From the human T2T-CHM13v2.0 reference genome, Homo sapiens: 64,000 nucleotides of DNA. Positions within the stretch are counted from its first letter, which is position 1. Each line of letters begins with the position of its first letter. The notes beneath the pieces are model-generated. The model saw nothing but the letters and a program-made list of their open reading frames with translations, was not told the DNA's origin and searched no databases. The stretch is from positions 22,144,001 through 22,208,000 of the forward strand of contig CP086569.2 of the NCBI GenBank assembly GCA_009914755.4. The letters are read 5' to 3'. The translations under genes were made by a program, and so were the position numbers. Below are positions 32,200-45,436 of the stretch, one piece after another.

Positions 32200-33575
32200 A
32201 ATTATTTCTTTTTAAAAGCTGGACCTCTGTGCTGCTTATGAAACATACATCAAACACAAGGCAAGAAACAGAAAATAAATTATGTAAATGGATATCTGGG
32301 AAAATTCTATGCCCCTAGTAAACAATGCATATTTTCAGATTTAAAGCAACAATTAATACTAAAGGGAAAATTATTGCCACCTACATAACAACAAAACTTT
32401 CAGTAGACTAGGAGTATAATACAGTTTTAATCTACACTTCTAAAATATAGACAGCAAAAATTAATGAAATTATAATAAATTAATTATCATGAAACATTTT
32501 AGTACAACACTCCAAGATTATTGGTTCAGCAGAGGTTAAACTATGTAAGAAGCTATTCAAAAACTTTATCTGATAGGCAGTTTTAGGCTATAGTATCTAG
32601 CAATGCACATTCTTCTAAAAATTCAGAAACATTTACAGACATACTATGCCATAAGGTAAGTCTCAATACATTTCAAAGATTCTTATATTATCAAGAACAC
32701 ATCTGATTCTAATACAAACAAGTATAAAAATATACATATTTTTAACCTTGTAAATTGGAAATATATGACAGACTTCTTAATTACACATAAAAAACACAAA
32801 ACTTGAAATTCAGAAATAAATAATAGTTTAAAATATTAAGTATCAGTACTTTTGGAATCCTGCTAACAAGAAAGTTAGTGATAAATTAAAAGGTTGAAAT
32901 GTTGTATTTCATGAAGAAATAAGAAAAGCTGACACTAATATGTGAATAATTTGTTACAAAGAATTAGGAAAAGAAGAAATAAGTACACCAAAAGAAACAA
33001 GTATGAATTAGAAAATAATGAACCAAGAGCAGAAGTTAATCAAATAGAAATAGAATTAGTACTTTGAGAAGATTACAAAGCTTACAAATCTCTGACCAGA
33101 TTGATTGGGGAAGAAAGAACACATAATATCAAGACATAAAGAGAGGGCATGTTCAGCGAGGCAGCAGAAATTTAGAAATACAGCAGTATTAGGAACATCT
33201 TTATGCAAATAAATTTTAATTCTTCAGTGAAACAGAAAAGTTTTACAAAAAAGTCAGTTACCCAAACTGACACAAGAAGAACTAGAAAACTTCACTTGCT
33301 ATATCATTTTGAAAAAAATGCATCCACATTTAAAATATCCCTATAAAAAAGTATTAGAATAAGTGGCTTTTATAGTTGCATTCTACTACACATTCAAGGA
33401 AAGAAATGTTTCAGAGAAGTGAAAAAGAGAAGAAAAACACAAAACCCTAATTAATTTTCAAATGAATAATTTCGTTACTACTTTCAAACAAAAAGCATAA
33501 GAATTAAGCCCAAAAAAGATTAATTTAACTTTAAAACAACAATGTGAAAACATGAGCAAAATATAAGTATATTAT
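32200..33575 (+). mobile_element. Old L1 (L1M) ORF2 fragment
   Basis: Translation around 33150-33350 resembles L1M ORF2 (..YxEQLYANKLDNLEEMDKFLETYNLP.. region). Very AT-rich and decayed. Confidence 0.55.
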
Positions 33576-35479
33576 TTGTTTTCACACAGCTGCAAAGAAA
33601 TATCCGAGACTGGGTAACTTATAAAGAAAGGAGACTTAACTGGCTCATAGTTTCTCAAGCTTTGCAGGAGGCATAGCTAGGAGGCCTCAGAAAACACACA
33701 ATTATGCGAGAAGGCCAAGGGAAAGCAAGTGTGTCTTCAGATGGTGGCAGGAAAGAGAGTGTAAAGGGGGAAGTGATACACATTTTCAAAAAAGTCGATC
33801 TCATGAGACCTTACTTACTATCATGAGAACATAAAGAAGTCTGCTCCCATTGTGTCCGAAATTGGTGGGTTCTTGGTCTCACTGACTTGAGGAATGAAGC
33901 CACGGAGCCTCGCAGTGAGTGTTAACAGTTCTTAAAGATGGTGTGTCCAGAGTTTGTTCCTTCTGATGTTCAGATTGTTCGGAGTTTCTTCCTTCTGGTG
34001 GGTTCATGGTCTCACTGGCTTCAGGAGTGAAGTTGCAGACCTTCACAGTGAGTGTTACAGCTCTTAAAGTGGAACATCTGGAGTTGTTCACTCCTCCCAG
34101 TGGGTTTGTGGTCTTGCTGGCCTCAGGAGTGAAGCTGCAGACCTTCGTGGTGAGTGTTAACAGCTCATAAAGGCAGTGCAGACCCAAAGAGTGAGCAGCA
34201 GCAAGATTTACTGCAAAGAGCAAAAGAACAAAGCTTCCACTGCCGGAAGTGGACTCTAGTGGGTTGCCACTGCTGGCTTGGGCAGCCAGCTTTTATTCCC
34301 TTATCTGACTCCACCCACATCCTGCTGATTGGCCCATTTTACAGAGATCTGATTGGTCCGTTTTGACAGGGTGCTGATTGGTGCATTTACAATCCCTGAG
34401 CTAGACACACAGTGCTGATTGGTGTATTTACAATCCTCTAGCTAGAAGTAAAAGTTCTCCAAGTCCCCACTAGATTAGCTAGACACAGAGTGCTGATTGG
34501 TGCATTTACAAACCTTGAGCTAGGCACAGAGTGCTGATTGGTGGATTTACAATCCTTGAGCTACACACAGAGCACTGATTGGTGTATTTACAATCCTTTA
34601 GCTACAAGTAAAAGTTTTCCAAGTCCTCACCAGATTAGCTAGATAGAGAGTGGTGTATCCAGGAACCCCAAGCTAGACATAGAGTGCTGATTGGTGTATA
34701 CACAATCCTCCAGCTAGACATAAAAGTTCTCCAAGTCCCTACCCGACTCAGGAGCCCAGCTGGCTTCACCTAATGGATCCCATGCCAGGGTCACGGGTGG
34801 AGCTACACACCAGTGCCACGCCACACATCTGCAGTCCTCAGCCCTTGGGCGGTCCATGGGACCGGGCACCACGGAGCAAGGGCTGGCACCCGTCGAGGAG
34901 GCTCAGGCTGGTGGGAGCCCACCACAGGGGTGTTCCAGCATGGCAGGCTGCAGGTCCTGAGCCCTGCCCCATGGGGAGGTGGCTGAGGCCTGGAGAGAAT
35001 TCGAGTGCAGCATAGGGGGCCAGCAGTGCTGCAGGACATGGCACCTCTTCTGCAGCTGCTTGCCCAGGTACAAGCCCCTCACTGCCTGGGGCCGGGTGGC
35101 ACCACTAGGCCGCTCCGAGTGCGGGGCCGCCAAGCCTGCGTCCACCCAGAACTCGTGCTGGCCCGTGAGCACCATGCCCAGCCCTGGTTCCCGCTGGCCC
35201 CTCTCCGTCCACACCTCCCCGCAAGCAGAGGGAGCCAGCTCCAGCCTTGGCCATCCCAGAGATGGGCTCCCACAGTGCACTGGCAGACTGAAGGGGGCTC
35301 CTCAAGCGTGGCCAGAGTGGACACCCTGTGGCCTGAGGAGGTGAGGAGAGCAAGCGAGGGCTGCTAGCACTTTGTCACCTCTCGCCATGATCCAGTCACC
35401 TCCAACCAAGCCCCCCTCCAAAACATGAGGATTAAAATTCAGCATGAGATTGGGGTGAAAACAGAGCCAAAATATATCA
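33576..35479 (-). mobile_element. MaLR (THE1/MST-type) LTR split into 33576-33850 and 35385-35479 by an LTR12 insertion
   Basis: The two halves join into a THE1-like LTR reverse complement (..acacagctgcaaagaaatatccgagactgggtaacttataaag.. / ..ccatgatccagtcacctcc..gagattggggtgaaaacagagccaaaatatatca). Confidence 0.75.
33851..35384 (+). mobile_element. Solo LTR12 (HERV9 LTR), about 1.53 kb, with putative 4-bp TSD CCAT
   Basis: Starts tgtgtccgaaattggtgggttcttggtctcactgacttgaggaatgaagccacggagcctcgcagtgagtgttaacag.. Contains the typical tandem gagctagacacagagtgctgattggtg U3 sub-repeats and a GC-rich 3' part. CCAT at 33847-33850 and 35385-35388. Confidence 0.85.
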
Positions 35480-36010
35480 ATGAGCAAACAAATATAAGGT
35501 TATACATCATAACTACATATCTACACAAAATTTATTTCAAAGACAAAAGAGTGGCTCAACTTAAGAAAATATATTAATTTAATGCATCATACTAATATAT
35601 TAAAGTAGGAAAAAATAGAATTACATCAATGAATACAGAATAAACACCAAATAAAACAAATAGCTATTTATAATAAGACATTAAAGTACAAATAAAGAAA
35701 ATGTTCCTTATCTGAGAATACTTCCTTCGAAATCAGAAGAAAGACTAGAAGACTCACTATTACCATTTCTCTTCAACATTTGTCCTGGAGATTTTTAACG
35801 TATAATATACAATAAATAATACTCATAACAATAATAATATTTTATAAGAATTGACAAGAAAGAAGTAAAACAGTCCTCATCTGTAGATGACATGATTATC
35901 TACATGGACAACTTCAAAGAATATACAAACCATATATATTAATAAGAAAACTTAGAAAATTTTCTAGATGTAGTATTAAGATGTCAAAGTTGAAATTATC
36001 TACCTTCCAG
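35480..36010 (+). mobile_element. Old L1 (L1M) ORF2 fragment (RT region, YxDD region ..VDDMIIYMDN..)
   Basis: ..LPFLFNI..(stop)..KKEVKQSSSVDDMIIYMDNFKEYT.. resembles L1 ORF2 ..[24 protein letters not shown].. Confidence 0.65.
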
Positions 36011-36049
36011 TAAAAGAAAGACACAGGATGGTTTTGAGTGATAATGGAG

Positions 36050-36250
36050 GCTGTACTTCCATTGTGAACTGTGTGATATTGAAGTATACATAATCCTCCC
36101 TCAGTATCAGTGGGGGATTGGTTCAGGACTTCCATGGATACCAAAATCTGCAGATTCTCCATTTCTTGGCATTAAATGGTGTAGTATTTGCATATAACTA
36201 GCTGTCCAGCTCTTAAATAAGGTGGGAGTGATTCACTGCAGTAGGCACTA
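36050..36250. mobile_element. Possible TcMar-Tigger/MER-type DNA transposon terminal fragment
   Basis: ccctcagtatcagtgggggattggttcaggacttccatggataccaaaatctgcagattctc resembles the conserved terminal region of Tigger-family elements. Family not certain. Confidence 0.4.
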
Positions 36251-36603
36251 AAAAGAAGACCCTTCTATTATCAATGGAAATTCTCTGGGAGAGAAAACAG
36301 CTAAGGGCAAATCTAAAGAGGTACCATTGTTACAGGCCACTGGCTACTGCCAGGTACTGCACCCATGTCCGGAACACCACCCTGTACCCATGAAGAAATG
36401 TAATGGACAGGACAAAAAGGGTTATAAAAGAATCCCTCAGGATGGTTACTAGAAAGCAACAAAACTCTTTCTCCCTGGGGCAATGCAATGAAAGATAGTT
36501 AAGCCTTTATATGACTCCTCACATTTGGGACAGGTCTCAATATACAAGTTATTTTCTCAAATCATTTAAGGAAAGAAACTATTCTACACTATAAAAAGGA
36601 TGA

Positions 36604-37027
<424 letters not shown>

Positions 37028-37039
37028 TTATCAGATACA

Positions 37040-38990
37040 ACCATACAGGGGCTGGAAATATTCACCAGTATTTATAGACAACTTCACCAAGTGAATTGAG
37101 GCTTTTCCCACTTTATGAGCGCCCACATTTTTACTCAATAAGATCAACTGCAAAGTTTCGATGACCTGAAAGCCTTCATAGTGACAATGGACCTACCTTC
37201 ATAGCCAAAGTGACCCAGCAGCTTGCATTCAGCTTTAGGCATTACCTATCACCTTCACTCCCCCTGGAGTACTCAATCCTCAGGTAAAATAGAAAAATCT
37301 AATCATGTTTTGAAAAGACATGAGCTAAGCCATGTCAGGGGACCTCAGAGACCAGGTTCCTCTCTTAGCCATAGTCTTCATACACATAGGAATGACCCTT
37401 AAAAACCTCCAGAAAAATCCATTTGAGAGGAGTTATGTGAGGCCATTTTTAGCTTGAGGTCTCCTGCTTAATAAAGAGATACATAGTTGACTCATAAGTT
37501 GTCAACTTAGACCAGTTTAGAAAAGTCCTCCAAGCCTATGGACAAAAAGTATTGCCCCCTCTCACAAAGCAATTAACTGACCTCCTATTCAGTCATGAAA
37601 CTAGTAAACATTTTGAAAGAAGCATCCCCTGACAATCAGTTACAACCAAAATAGAAGGGCCCCTATCAAGTGTTGTTGACTATTCCAGTCCTTTTAAACT
37701 TTAGAGCGTACCTAGTTGGATACAATTGTCCAAGATTAAACCTGTTTCTTTTTTTTTTTGAGATGGAGTCTCACTCTGTCACCCAGGCTGGAGTGCACTG
37801 GAGTGCAGTGTCACGATCTTGGCTCATTGCAAGCTTTGCCCCCTGGGTTCGTGCCATTCTCCTGCTTAGCCTCGTGAGTAGCTGGGACTACAGGTGTCCG
37901 CCACCATGCCCGGCTAATTTTTCTTGTATTTTTATTAGAGACAGGTTTTCACTGTGTTAGACAGGATAGTCTCAACCTCCTGACCTCGTGATCCACCCAC
38001 CTCGGCCTCCCAAAGTGCTGGGATTACAGGCATGAGCCACTGCACTTGGCTTAAACCTGTTTCTTATAAGTTGCAGGCACAAATGGAGGACACTGTAACC
38101 TAAATTTTTGGAAGATCGCCACTACCTATTTAAAAGAATCAACAGTCACTCATCCAGAAGTGGCAACATGATGCTGCTGGTGGGAATAGAGGGTATTCCT
38201 ACTAGGAAAGACTAAGAAAAACACAATTGAGCTCCTGAATTTTCTAGAAAAGGAAGGGTATCATTGTCAGTTTCCCAATTTTCTGGAAAGAAGGGTATTT
38301 CTCTGTTTTTCCACCTTTTAAAAATCTGTGATAGGACCCTTGACAGCTGTCTTGTTGTTACTAATTTATTTACTTGTTTGTTGAACCTTATAGTAAGCTT
38401 TGTATCTTGTAGATTATAATATTTCCAGGTGCAAACAATGCTGGCATAAGGCTTTTGAGTTATATACTGATCTGGATAATTGTGGTGTTCTGCCTTTCAC
38501 CCCTTTAGCTCATGTATCCAGAGACATTTGCTTCTCTAGTGCTAGGCAAGGCCAGTGCTCATGATTCAGCAGAAAGCAGGTACACTGCATGGACCTCCTC
38601 CCTCTTGCATCCCCCTTAAGATTAAGGGAAAGTATTTAACATCTGAGTGGAGAATGAGGTTGAAGGTGGGACTCACCTCCAGGGGTAGGGCTCACGCATG
38701 ATCCAGATTGAGGACTACCTAAAAAACAGGGCTTAGGCAGAAGCAGTTTTCAATCAGACATGCTCACCAGTGTGCTATGGCATTTAACATTGCTATCGCA
38801 ACACCCAGGAGTTACCACCCTTCTATGGCAATGATCCAATGATTACCACCCTTTCCCTATAAATTTCTGCATTTATCAATCCATGCAATTAAAAGCAAAT
38901 ATAAATATGGCTGCAAGATATCCCTGAGCTGCTACTCTTTTGCTATGGCATAGCCCTGTTCTGAAAGAGGAGCCACAGGGCTGTAACACT
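37040..38990 (+). mobile_element. ERV pol (integrase) to 3' end region incl. LTR-like segment with TATAAA and AATTAAA; plus orientation; interrupted by Alu
   Basis: Integrase-like translation ..IEAFPT..SDNGPTFIAKVTQQLA..(frame-broken)..KIEGPLSSVVDYSS.. The 38.69-38.99 kb segment carries ccctataaatttctgcatttatcaatccatgcaattaaaagc. Confidence 0.6.
37751..38050 (-). mobile_element. Alu inserted in ERV pol region with 15-bp TSD ttaaacctgtttctt
   Basis: ttaaacctgtttctt at 37736-37750 and 38051-38065 flanking a reverse-complement Alu. Confidence 0.9.
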
Positions 38991-40319
38991 GCCAGAGCTG
39001 TAATTCTGTCTCATCAGTTAAGCTATTTTTTTCTACCTCTGGTTTGGCATTGAATTATTTCCTGGACAAAGTCAAGAAACCAGTGGGCTTAGCTCTGCTT
39101 GGGGCTTGCCTCTCCTGCATTGTGTCTACGATTCCATTCCAAGATTTAGTAAACTATGAATTAAGCAGGTGAAGTGAATGCAATTACTTTAAATGCAAAA
39201 GTTAAAGGTCACCAGAAGAATTAAATAATCAACATAGAGAATATTTTAATGCAATGTTTTCATAATCCAAAATAATGTAATAATCATTAATAAAGTATTA
39301 TATTTTTAAAGATAGCATATTATTGATTATTTTGTTTCCTGCTTCAATATTCCTTAGCATAACATTAATATTGATAATGATCTTATCTTTCTATAAAATA
39401 TTTTGTTCAACTTTAAATTTTATTAATAATTATTTATGAATATTGCACTGAAATACAGATCTTAATTACTGAGCTTTTTAAATTAATAAATCTCAGTAGA
39501 GTAGTTTTACATTACAACAAAATTGAGTAGAAAGTATAGAAAGCTCCCTTACACCCTGTGCCCACATGTACAACCTTTCCCACTATCAATATTTCTGATG
39601 AGACTGGTATGTTTGTTACAGTTCATAAACCTACATCAATACATTATCACTCAATACCTGCAATTTACATTAGGGCTAACTTTTACTGTTGCACATTCTA
39701 TAGGTTTTTACAAACATGTAATAAAATGTATCCAAAACTGTAGTATTATATAGAATAGTTTCACTATTGTATACTCTAATACCTGAGTTGTGCCTATTTA
39801 TTACACTCTCCCTTGTAATCAATTGCAACCACTGATCTTTTTACTTCTTCAACATTTTTTTCTAGATTGTCATATATTTGAAATAATACTTGTAGCATTT
39901 TATGATTGGCTTAGTTCACTTGTAAATATACATTTAAGTTTCTTCCATGTTTTTTCATGATTTGAAAGCTCATTTTTTCAGTGCTGCACAGTATTCCATA
40001 AATATTCCATAAACCACAGTTTAACCACTTTAATATAGAACAACATCTATATGCAGATTTTGATGTAAATATGTTTTTAATTTAGTTGGATAAATTCCAA
40101 GAAGCAAGACTGCTAGATGAGATCGAAAGAGTACGTTTAATTTTGTTAAACCAAAACAAAACAAAGCCTACCATTCTTCCAAATTTGCTGTTATCAGTGC
40201 TTTCAATTTTTGCAATTTTATATTTAATTTATTATCAAATTCACAACTCCCCAGTATTATATGACGTTTATCATCCTTTCATATGCTCATTCCCTTAGTC
40301 TTAACTACTAGGGAAGCAA

Positions 40320-40410
40320 AGGAAGAGGATATGTGAGACTTGGAATTGGAGGCTGCAGTGAGCTATGATGGCACCACTGCATTACAGCCTGGGGACAGAG
40401 ACCCTATCTC
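40320..40410 (+). mobile_element. Alu 3' end fragment with poly-A
   Basis: ..ggaggctgcagtgagctatgatggcaccactgcattacagcctggggacagagaccctatctcaaaaaaaaaa. Confidence 0.8.
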
Positions 40411-40545
40411 AAAAAAAAAAAAAAAAAAAGAAGAAGAAGAAAAGGAGGAAGGAAAGGAGGAAGGAAAAGAAAGAGAAGGAAAGGGAAGGGAAAAAGGAGA
40501 AGAAAAAAGGGAAAGGAAGAAGGAAGTATTAATTTGTCAGCAAAA
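40411..40545. repeat. GA-rich polypurine tract (GAA/GGAA/GGA-type), about 135 bp
   Basis: gaagaagaagaaaaggaggaaggaaaggaggaaggaaaagaaagagaaggaaagggaagggaaaaaggagaagaaaaaagggaaaggaagaaggaag. Confidence 0.9.
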
Positions 40546-40625
40546 CAGTGACTCCTAAGCACGTTTTTCAGGTTTCTTCCCTAGAATTCATTACAAAGGA
40601 ATTTTTTTTGTGTGTGAGTTTACTT

Positions 40626-40920
40626 GTTTTGTTTTGTTTTTGTTTTTGAGACAGGGTCATGCTGTATCACCCAGTCCAGAGTGCAGTGGCGTGATCTTGC
40701 CTTAGTGCAAACTCCACCTCCAGGGTTTAAGGGAATCTCCCAGCTCCCACCTGTAGCTGGGACTATAGGCCCACACCACTACTCCCAGATAAGTTTTTGT
40801 ATTTTTGCTAGAGACAGGGTTTCAACATTTTGCCCAGGCTGGCCTCAAACTCCTGGTTATCTGACCCCCCTTGGCCTCCCAAAGTACTGGAATTACAGGC
40901 ATGAGCCACCAAGCTGGGCC
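40626..40920 (-). mobile_element. Alu (older subfamily)
   Basis: Reverse-complement Alu (..gagacagggtcatgctgtatcacccagtccagagtgcagtggcgtgatcttgcc..gcctcccaaagtactggaattacaggcatgagccacc). Confidence 0.85.
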
Positions 40921-41221
40921 TACATATTGGGTTTTTATTTCTTTCCAAACAATTCTTGATAAATCACGGTTTTTTTAAAACTTATCTGTCATCTTATTTT
41001 CCACATCACTATCATAATAGTGCAAACATTGCTTATAATTCTTTTATGTTTCTTTCTCTTGTTAAGAGTATTTGAAACATATTTCATGTATCTCTGGCAC
41101 CATAATAATTTAAATTATTTACACCAAATAAGTGGGTGTAATCGAGATAAATGGTGATAGCTTAAAACTGAGACAAAATAAATGCGTTTAAGTTATTCTA
41201 TTAACTTGCCACACTGACTTA

Positions 41222-41300
41222 CTCTTGTAATCCTACCATTGGGAAGAGGAGATGTGAGGATGGCTTGAAGTCACGAGTTGGAGACCAGTCTGCGAACATA
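41222..41300 (+). mobile_element. Alu-like monomer fragment (FLAM/FRAM-like)
   Basis: cttgtaatcctaccattgggaagaggagatgtgaggatggcttgaagtcacgagttggagaccagtctg parallels the Alu left-arm consensus. Confidence 0.5.
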
Positions 41301-41330
41301 ATGAGCCCTTTAATCTATTGCCATTTTGGC

Positions 41331-41796
41331 GCCAGGGACCGGTTTTGTGGAAGCTATTTTTCCACAGAAAAGAGGTGGGTAGGGGGAGAAGGTGGCGAGG
41401 TGGACACACCGGGGAGATGAGGGGCTGCAGTTCCAGGAGGAACACAGGGTAGGGAGGGGCTTCGGGTCAGAGCAGTGTGACGGGGGGCAGCGGTGGGGCA
41501 GCGGAGCTGCGAGGGGGACAGGGCAGGCCAGCGGGGAATAGGGAGAATGGATTCTGGATGAAACCGTTCCACCTCAGTTCATTCAGGCATTGCATTCTTC
41601 TAAGGAGAGCGCCACCTAGATCCTCGCATGCGCAGTTCAAAGTAGGGCTCCTACTCCGGTGAGAATCCAATGCCTTTGCTGATCTGACAGGAGGCGGGGC
41701 TCAGGCGGTGCTAGCGGTTCGTCACCTGTTCTGCAGCCGGCTTCCTAACAGGCCGCGGACAGGTACCGGTTGGAGACCAGGGTTTGGGGATCCCTG
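41331..41796. promoter_or_regulatory. CpG-rich, GC-rich block (about 25 CpGs in 465 bp) 0.7-1.2 kb upstream of the RBMY-family ATG exon; candidate CpG-island promoter / 5' non-coding exon; identity unknown
   Basis: Dense retained CpGs (cggggggcagcggtggggcagcggagctgcgagg, ctcgcatgcgcag, ggcggggctcaggcggtgctagcggttcgtcacc, ggccgcggacag) in contrast to CpG-depleted surroundings. Donor-like gacag|gtaccgg at 41763. Flanked by imperfect direct repeats atctattgCCattt / atctattgTAcattt. Confidence 0.35.
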
Positions 41797-41906
41797 ATCT
41801 ATTGTACATTTCAAATAACTAAAATATTGTAAAAAATGTAAAATGCTCTCCCCCAAGAAAGGATGTATTTTAATTAGCTTGATTTAATCATTTATTTAAA
41901 TATTAA

Positions 41907-42170
41907 GCTGGGCGTGGTGGTTCACCTTTGAAATCTCATCACCTTGGTAGCATCAGGCCAGAATATCGCTTGAGACCAGGAGTTCGAGACTAGCTTGGGT
42001 ACAATGGGGAAACCTGTGTCTATTAAAGAAACACACAAAAAATTGCCTGCTAGCTCTGGTAGCAAGCGCCTGTAGCTGAGACGTGGGAGGATCACTTGAG
42101 ACTCGGTAGCGGAGGCTGCAGTGAGCAGTGTGCACTTTAGCAACAAGAAATTTACATCTCAAGAAAAAAA
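41907..42170 (+). mobile_element. Alu (AluJ-like)
   Basis: gctgggcgtggtggttcacctttgaaatctcatcaccttgg..gagaccaggagttcgagactagcttgggtacaatggggaaacctgtgtctattaaag.. Confidence 0.85.
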
Positions 42171-42436
42171 TACACAAAACATCACATTGTATAGTATAAA
42201 TATATAGTTTTCAAATGAAATTATTTAAATGGGGCATCCTGCGTTTTGCAGCTTAAGAAAATTACAATAGCTTTTCTCATCTCATTTTTACAAACAAGTT
42301 TTTGTCAGGTAAGTATTACAATGCAGTATTTGTCCATGAAGTCACTGCCCCTTTTGCTCTGCATGTTACAAATTTTACATATTTAAAGTAAGAAATACTA
42401 AAAATATGTCAGCCTCTGTAAGGGAATTTCACTTGA

Positions 42437-42667
<231 letters not shown>

Positions 42668-42825
42668 TAAATAATCTTTTTTTAGATGACACATTCTTTC
42701 ATAAACCTTGGGATATTGAAACAAATAAGTGATGTGAATACAAATATGAAGTAGATTATTGTTTGTGAAAAAGAAGATGTGCTACATTATCCTAGAATGT
42801 GTGATGGGTTAAGTTTTTTTAGGTG

Positions 42826-42960
42826 ATTTTTTAATACTGGAAAACTTTTCAAGGAATTTGAATAATAGAATTTGTGTTTGATCCCTTAGTGGAAGGCATG
42901 TGCTCAGTAAATGTCTCAAATTTGGCATTGTGAAAGACATGGTCATTTCAGGAAAAAAAG
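42826..42960 (+). pseudogene. Possible degenerate RRM exon 2 remnant (VIF*YWKTFQGI*..FVFDPLVEG..) with stops
   Basis: Weak similarity to RBMY [26 protein letters not shown] after tttttag|gtgatttttt. Low confidence. Confidence 0.25.
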
Positions 42961-43080
42961 AGATATATTTGGTTTGGGAGAAAACATCTAGAACTGAAAT
43001 ATAGTGGATGCAAAAACGTTTGTAAAATGTGTTTAGGTTAAATGTGACAATGTTATTGATAGGATACTTAATACTTTTAG

Positions 43081-43259
43081 TCTTTGGATGGAAAAGAAAT
43101 AAAAGTAGAACAAGTCAAGAAACTATCTTTTTCAAAATGATGGTAGGTGGAGATCAACAGCTTCTTGGAGAAAAAGGAGCCCTTCAGGAAGTCTGAGATC
43201 TGCAAGAGGAGGTAGTGGAGGAACAAGAGTGTTTCTTCCCTCATGTGAGGGACACTTGG
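43081..43259 (+). pseudogene. RBMY-like exon (..[16 protein letters not shown] / [43 protein letters not shown]), apparent 1-bp insertion frameshift
   Basis: Matches RBMY ..[61 protein letters not shown]. Acceptor ttttag at 43075-43080, donor gtaatg at 43260. Frame shifts between KKLS and FQNDG (ctatctttttcaaaat versus recalled ccatcattccaaagt). Confidence 0.7.
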
Positions 43260-44625
43260 GTAATGTTTTCAAATACAAAGATGAAACCATAGGACTGAAA
43301 GACAGTAAGTTTGAAGATATCAAAATTTCTTAATTTTGTTTACTTCCTTTATGTACAGAAAATTAACTTACTGATAATGAGCAAAATTTTTTGTAAGTAC
43401 TAAAGATATATTATAAGAATGATTGAAATAATATGAAAATTTCATTTTAAAATCTTAATTTGCATTGAAATAACACATTTAAAAGAAAATTGAGTTTATT
43501 AATATTGATTGTCTGTACTCAACAAGTTTTCTGCAGAACTCATTTATTCATTATGCTTCAGAGTTTCTTATTTTGGGGCCAAGAACTTTATATAAAATGT
43601 ATTATCAAAATACGATGGAATCTTGAAAACCTTCCAACAGGAAATAAGAAGTCATTATTTTAGGATTGATCTTGCAATATTTGTTATTTGTGTATACACA
43701 TGGAAATATCTATACAAATGTATTCCTTTGCCATTTTGATAGGCATGATTTGCACATCGGCCTGCCATAAAGCATTTTGTATTTAAGAAATGTGTAACTT
43801 CAGTTTCTCAAAAGAGTCTGTGACTCAGGAAAAGTCTAAAAGCCACTGCTTCACAAATATGTTAGTATCTTTCTTTGCTGGAGGATGAGTCACTGAAAAT
43901 GGCATTTATGAAGGACTTACTCAATAGGAATGAGGGTCAATTTTTACTTAAAAATATTCATGTATTAAAAAAATTGGGTCAGTTGTATTATCTATTAACC
44001 AACCTTCAAAAATATAACATTTAATTTGAGTTTTAATAACCAGATGTGTAATTCATTGGATATGTTTTCTCAAGTTGAAATTGCAGTGTTTGCTCCATTT
44101 TAAGGTACATAGCTTCATGATTTTTTTTTCTCAATTGATTTTGAGGGTGAAGATTAATACTACTCTGCCATGATGAGAATATGCATTTTCTTACCTGTGA
44201 CACCACCAGGTCATTAGAATATATCTACATTTTTTGTAGGTATATGAAAATATTTTTTATTATTTAATATGCAGTTCTTAAAGATTATTAAAATTGAGCA
44301 TAGCCTAAGCTAAAAATTAATATTTCATAATGGATTTGTAAGAATTGAATGTTATGACACAAATTTTACAGATAATGTATTTTTCTGAGGTGTCATGTTT
44401 TGATTTTGTAAATATTTGAGTTCTTTAAATGGAATTTGGAGTACCCTTATGATATGTTTTGAAAAAACTTTCCTCATACCAGAATTATCTGAACAATAAT
44501 GTATAATTTTTCTCCTAATATATTTTTCTTTATCTAGATTGTGTTTATATGTTTAACTGATAGATTTTTGCCCTCTCTTCACTATGCATTTATCCCATAT
44601 CTCTCTCTCTCTCACACCAGTATAA

Positions 44626-45200
<575 letters not shown>

Positions 45201-45377
45201 ATTTTCTAGGTTTTCTAAACGAATTTTTATTGCTTGTATTGCACTAATTTGGTATAGAAATACTAAATTGTATTAGTTTAGACACATGAATTCGTAAGAT
45301 TATCATATTTAAGAAATATTTATAAACAACTAAAACTTAGCCATTTAAGACACAGTGATGTTACTTAACTAAAAAGT

Positions 45378-45436
45378 TGTTTTTTTTTTTGTTGTTTTTT
45401 TTTTGTTTTTTTTTTGTTTTTTTTTCGTAAACACAG
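45378..45436. repeat. T-rich (T(n)G) tract serving as polypyrimidine tract upstream of exon acceptor
   Basis: gttgtttttttttttgttgttttttttttgttttttttttttgtttttttttcgtaaacacag. Confidence 0.9.

Noticed and set aside
34773-35487. Seven overlapping ORFs (60-125 aa) on both strands in a GC-rich segment; could look like a compact overlapping-gene cluster
   Set aside because: The segment is the 3' half of a solo LTR12 (HERV9 LTR). High GC depletes stop codons on all frames. Translations are low-complexity (P/A/G/R-rich) and there is no codon periodicity.
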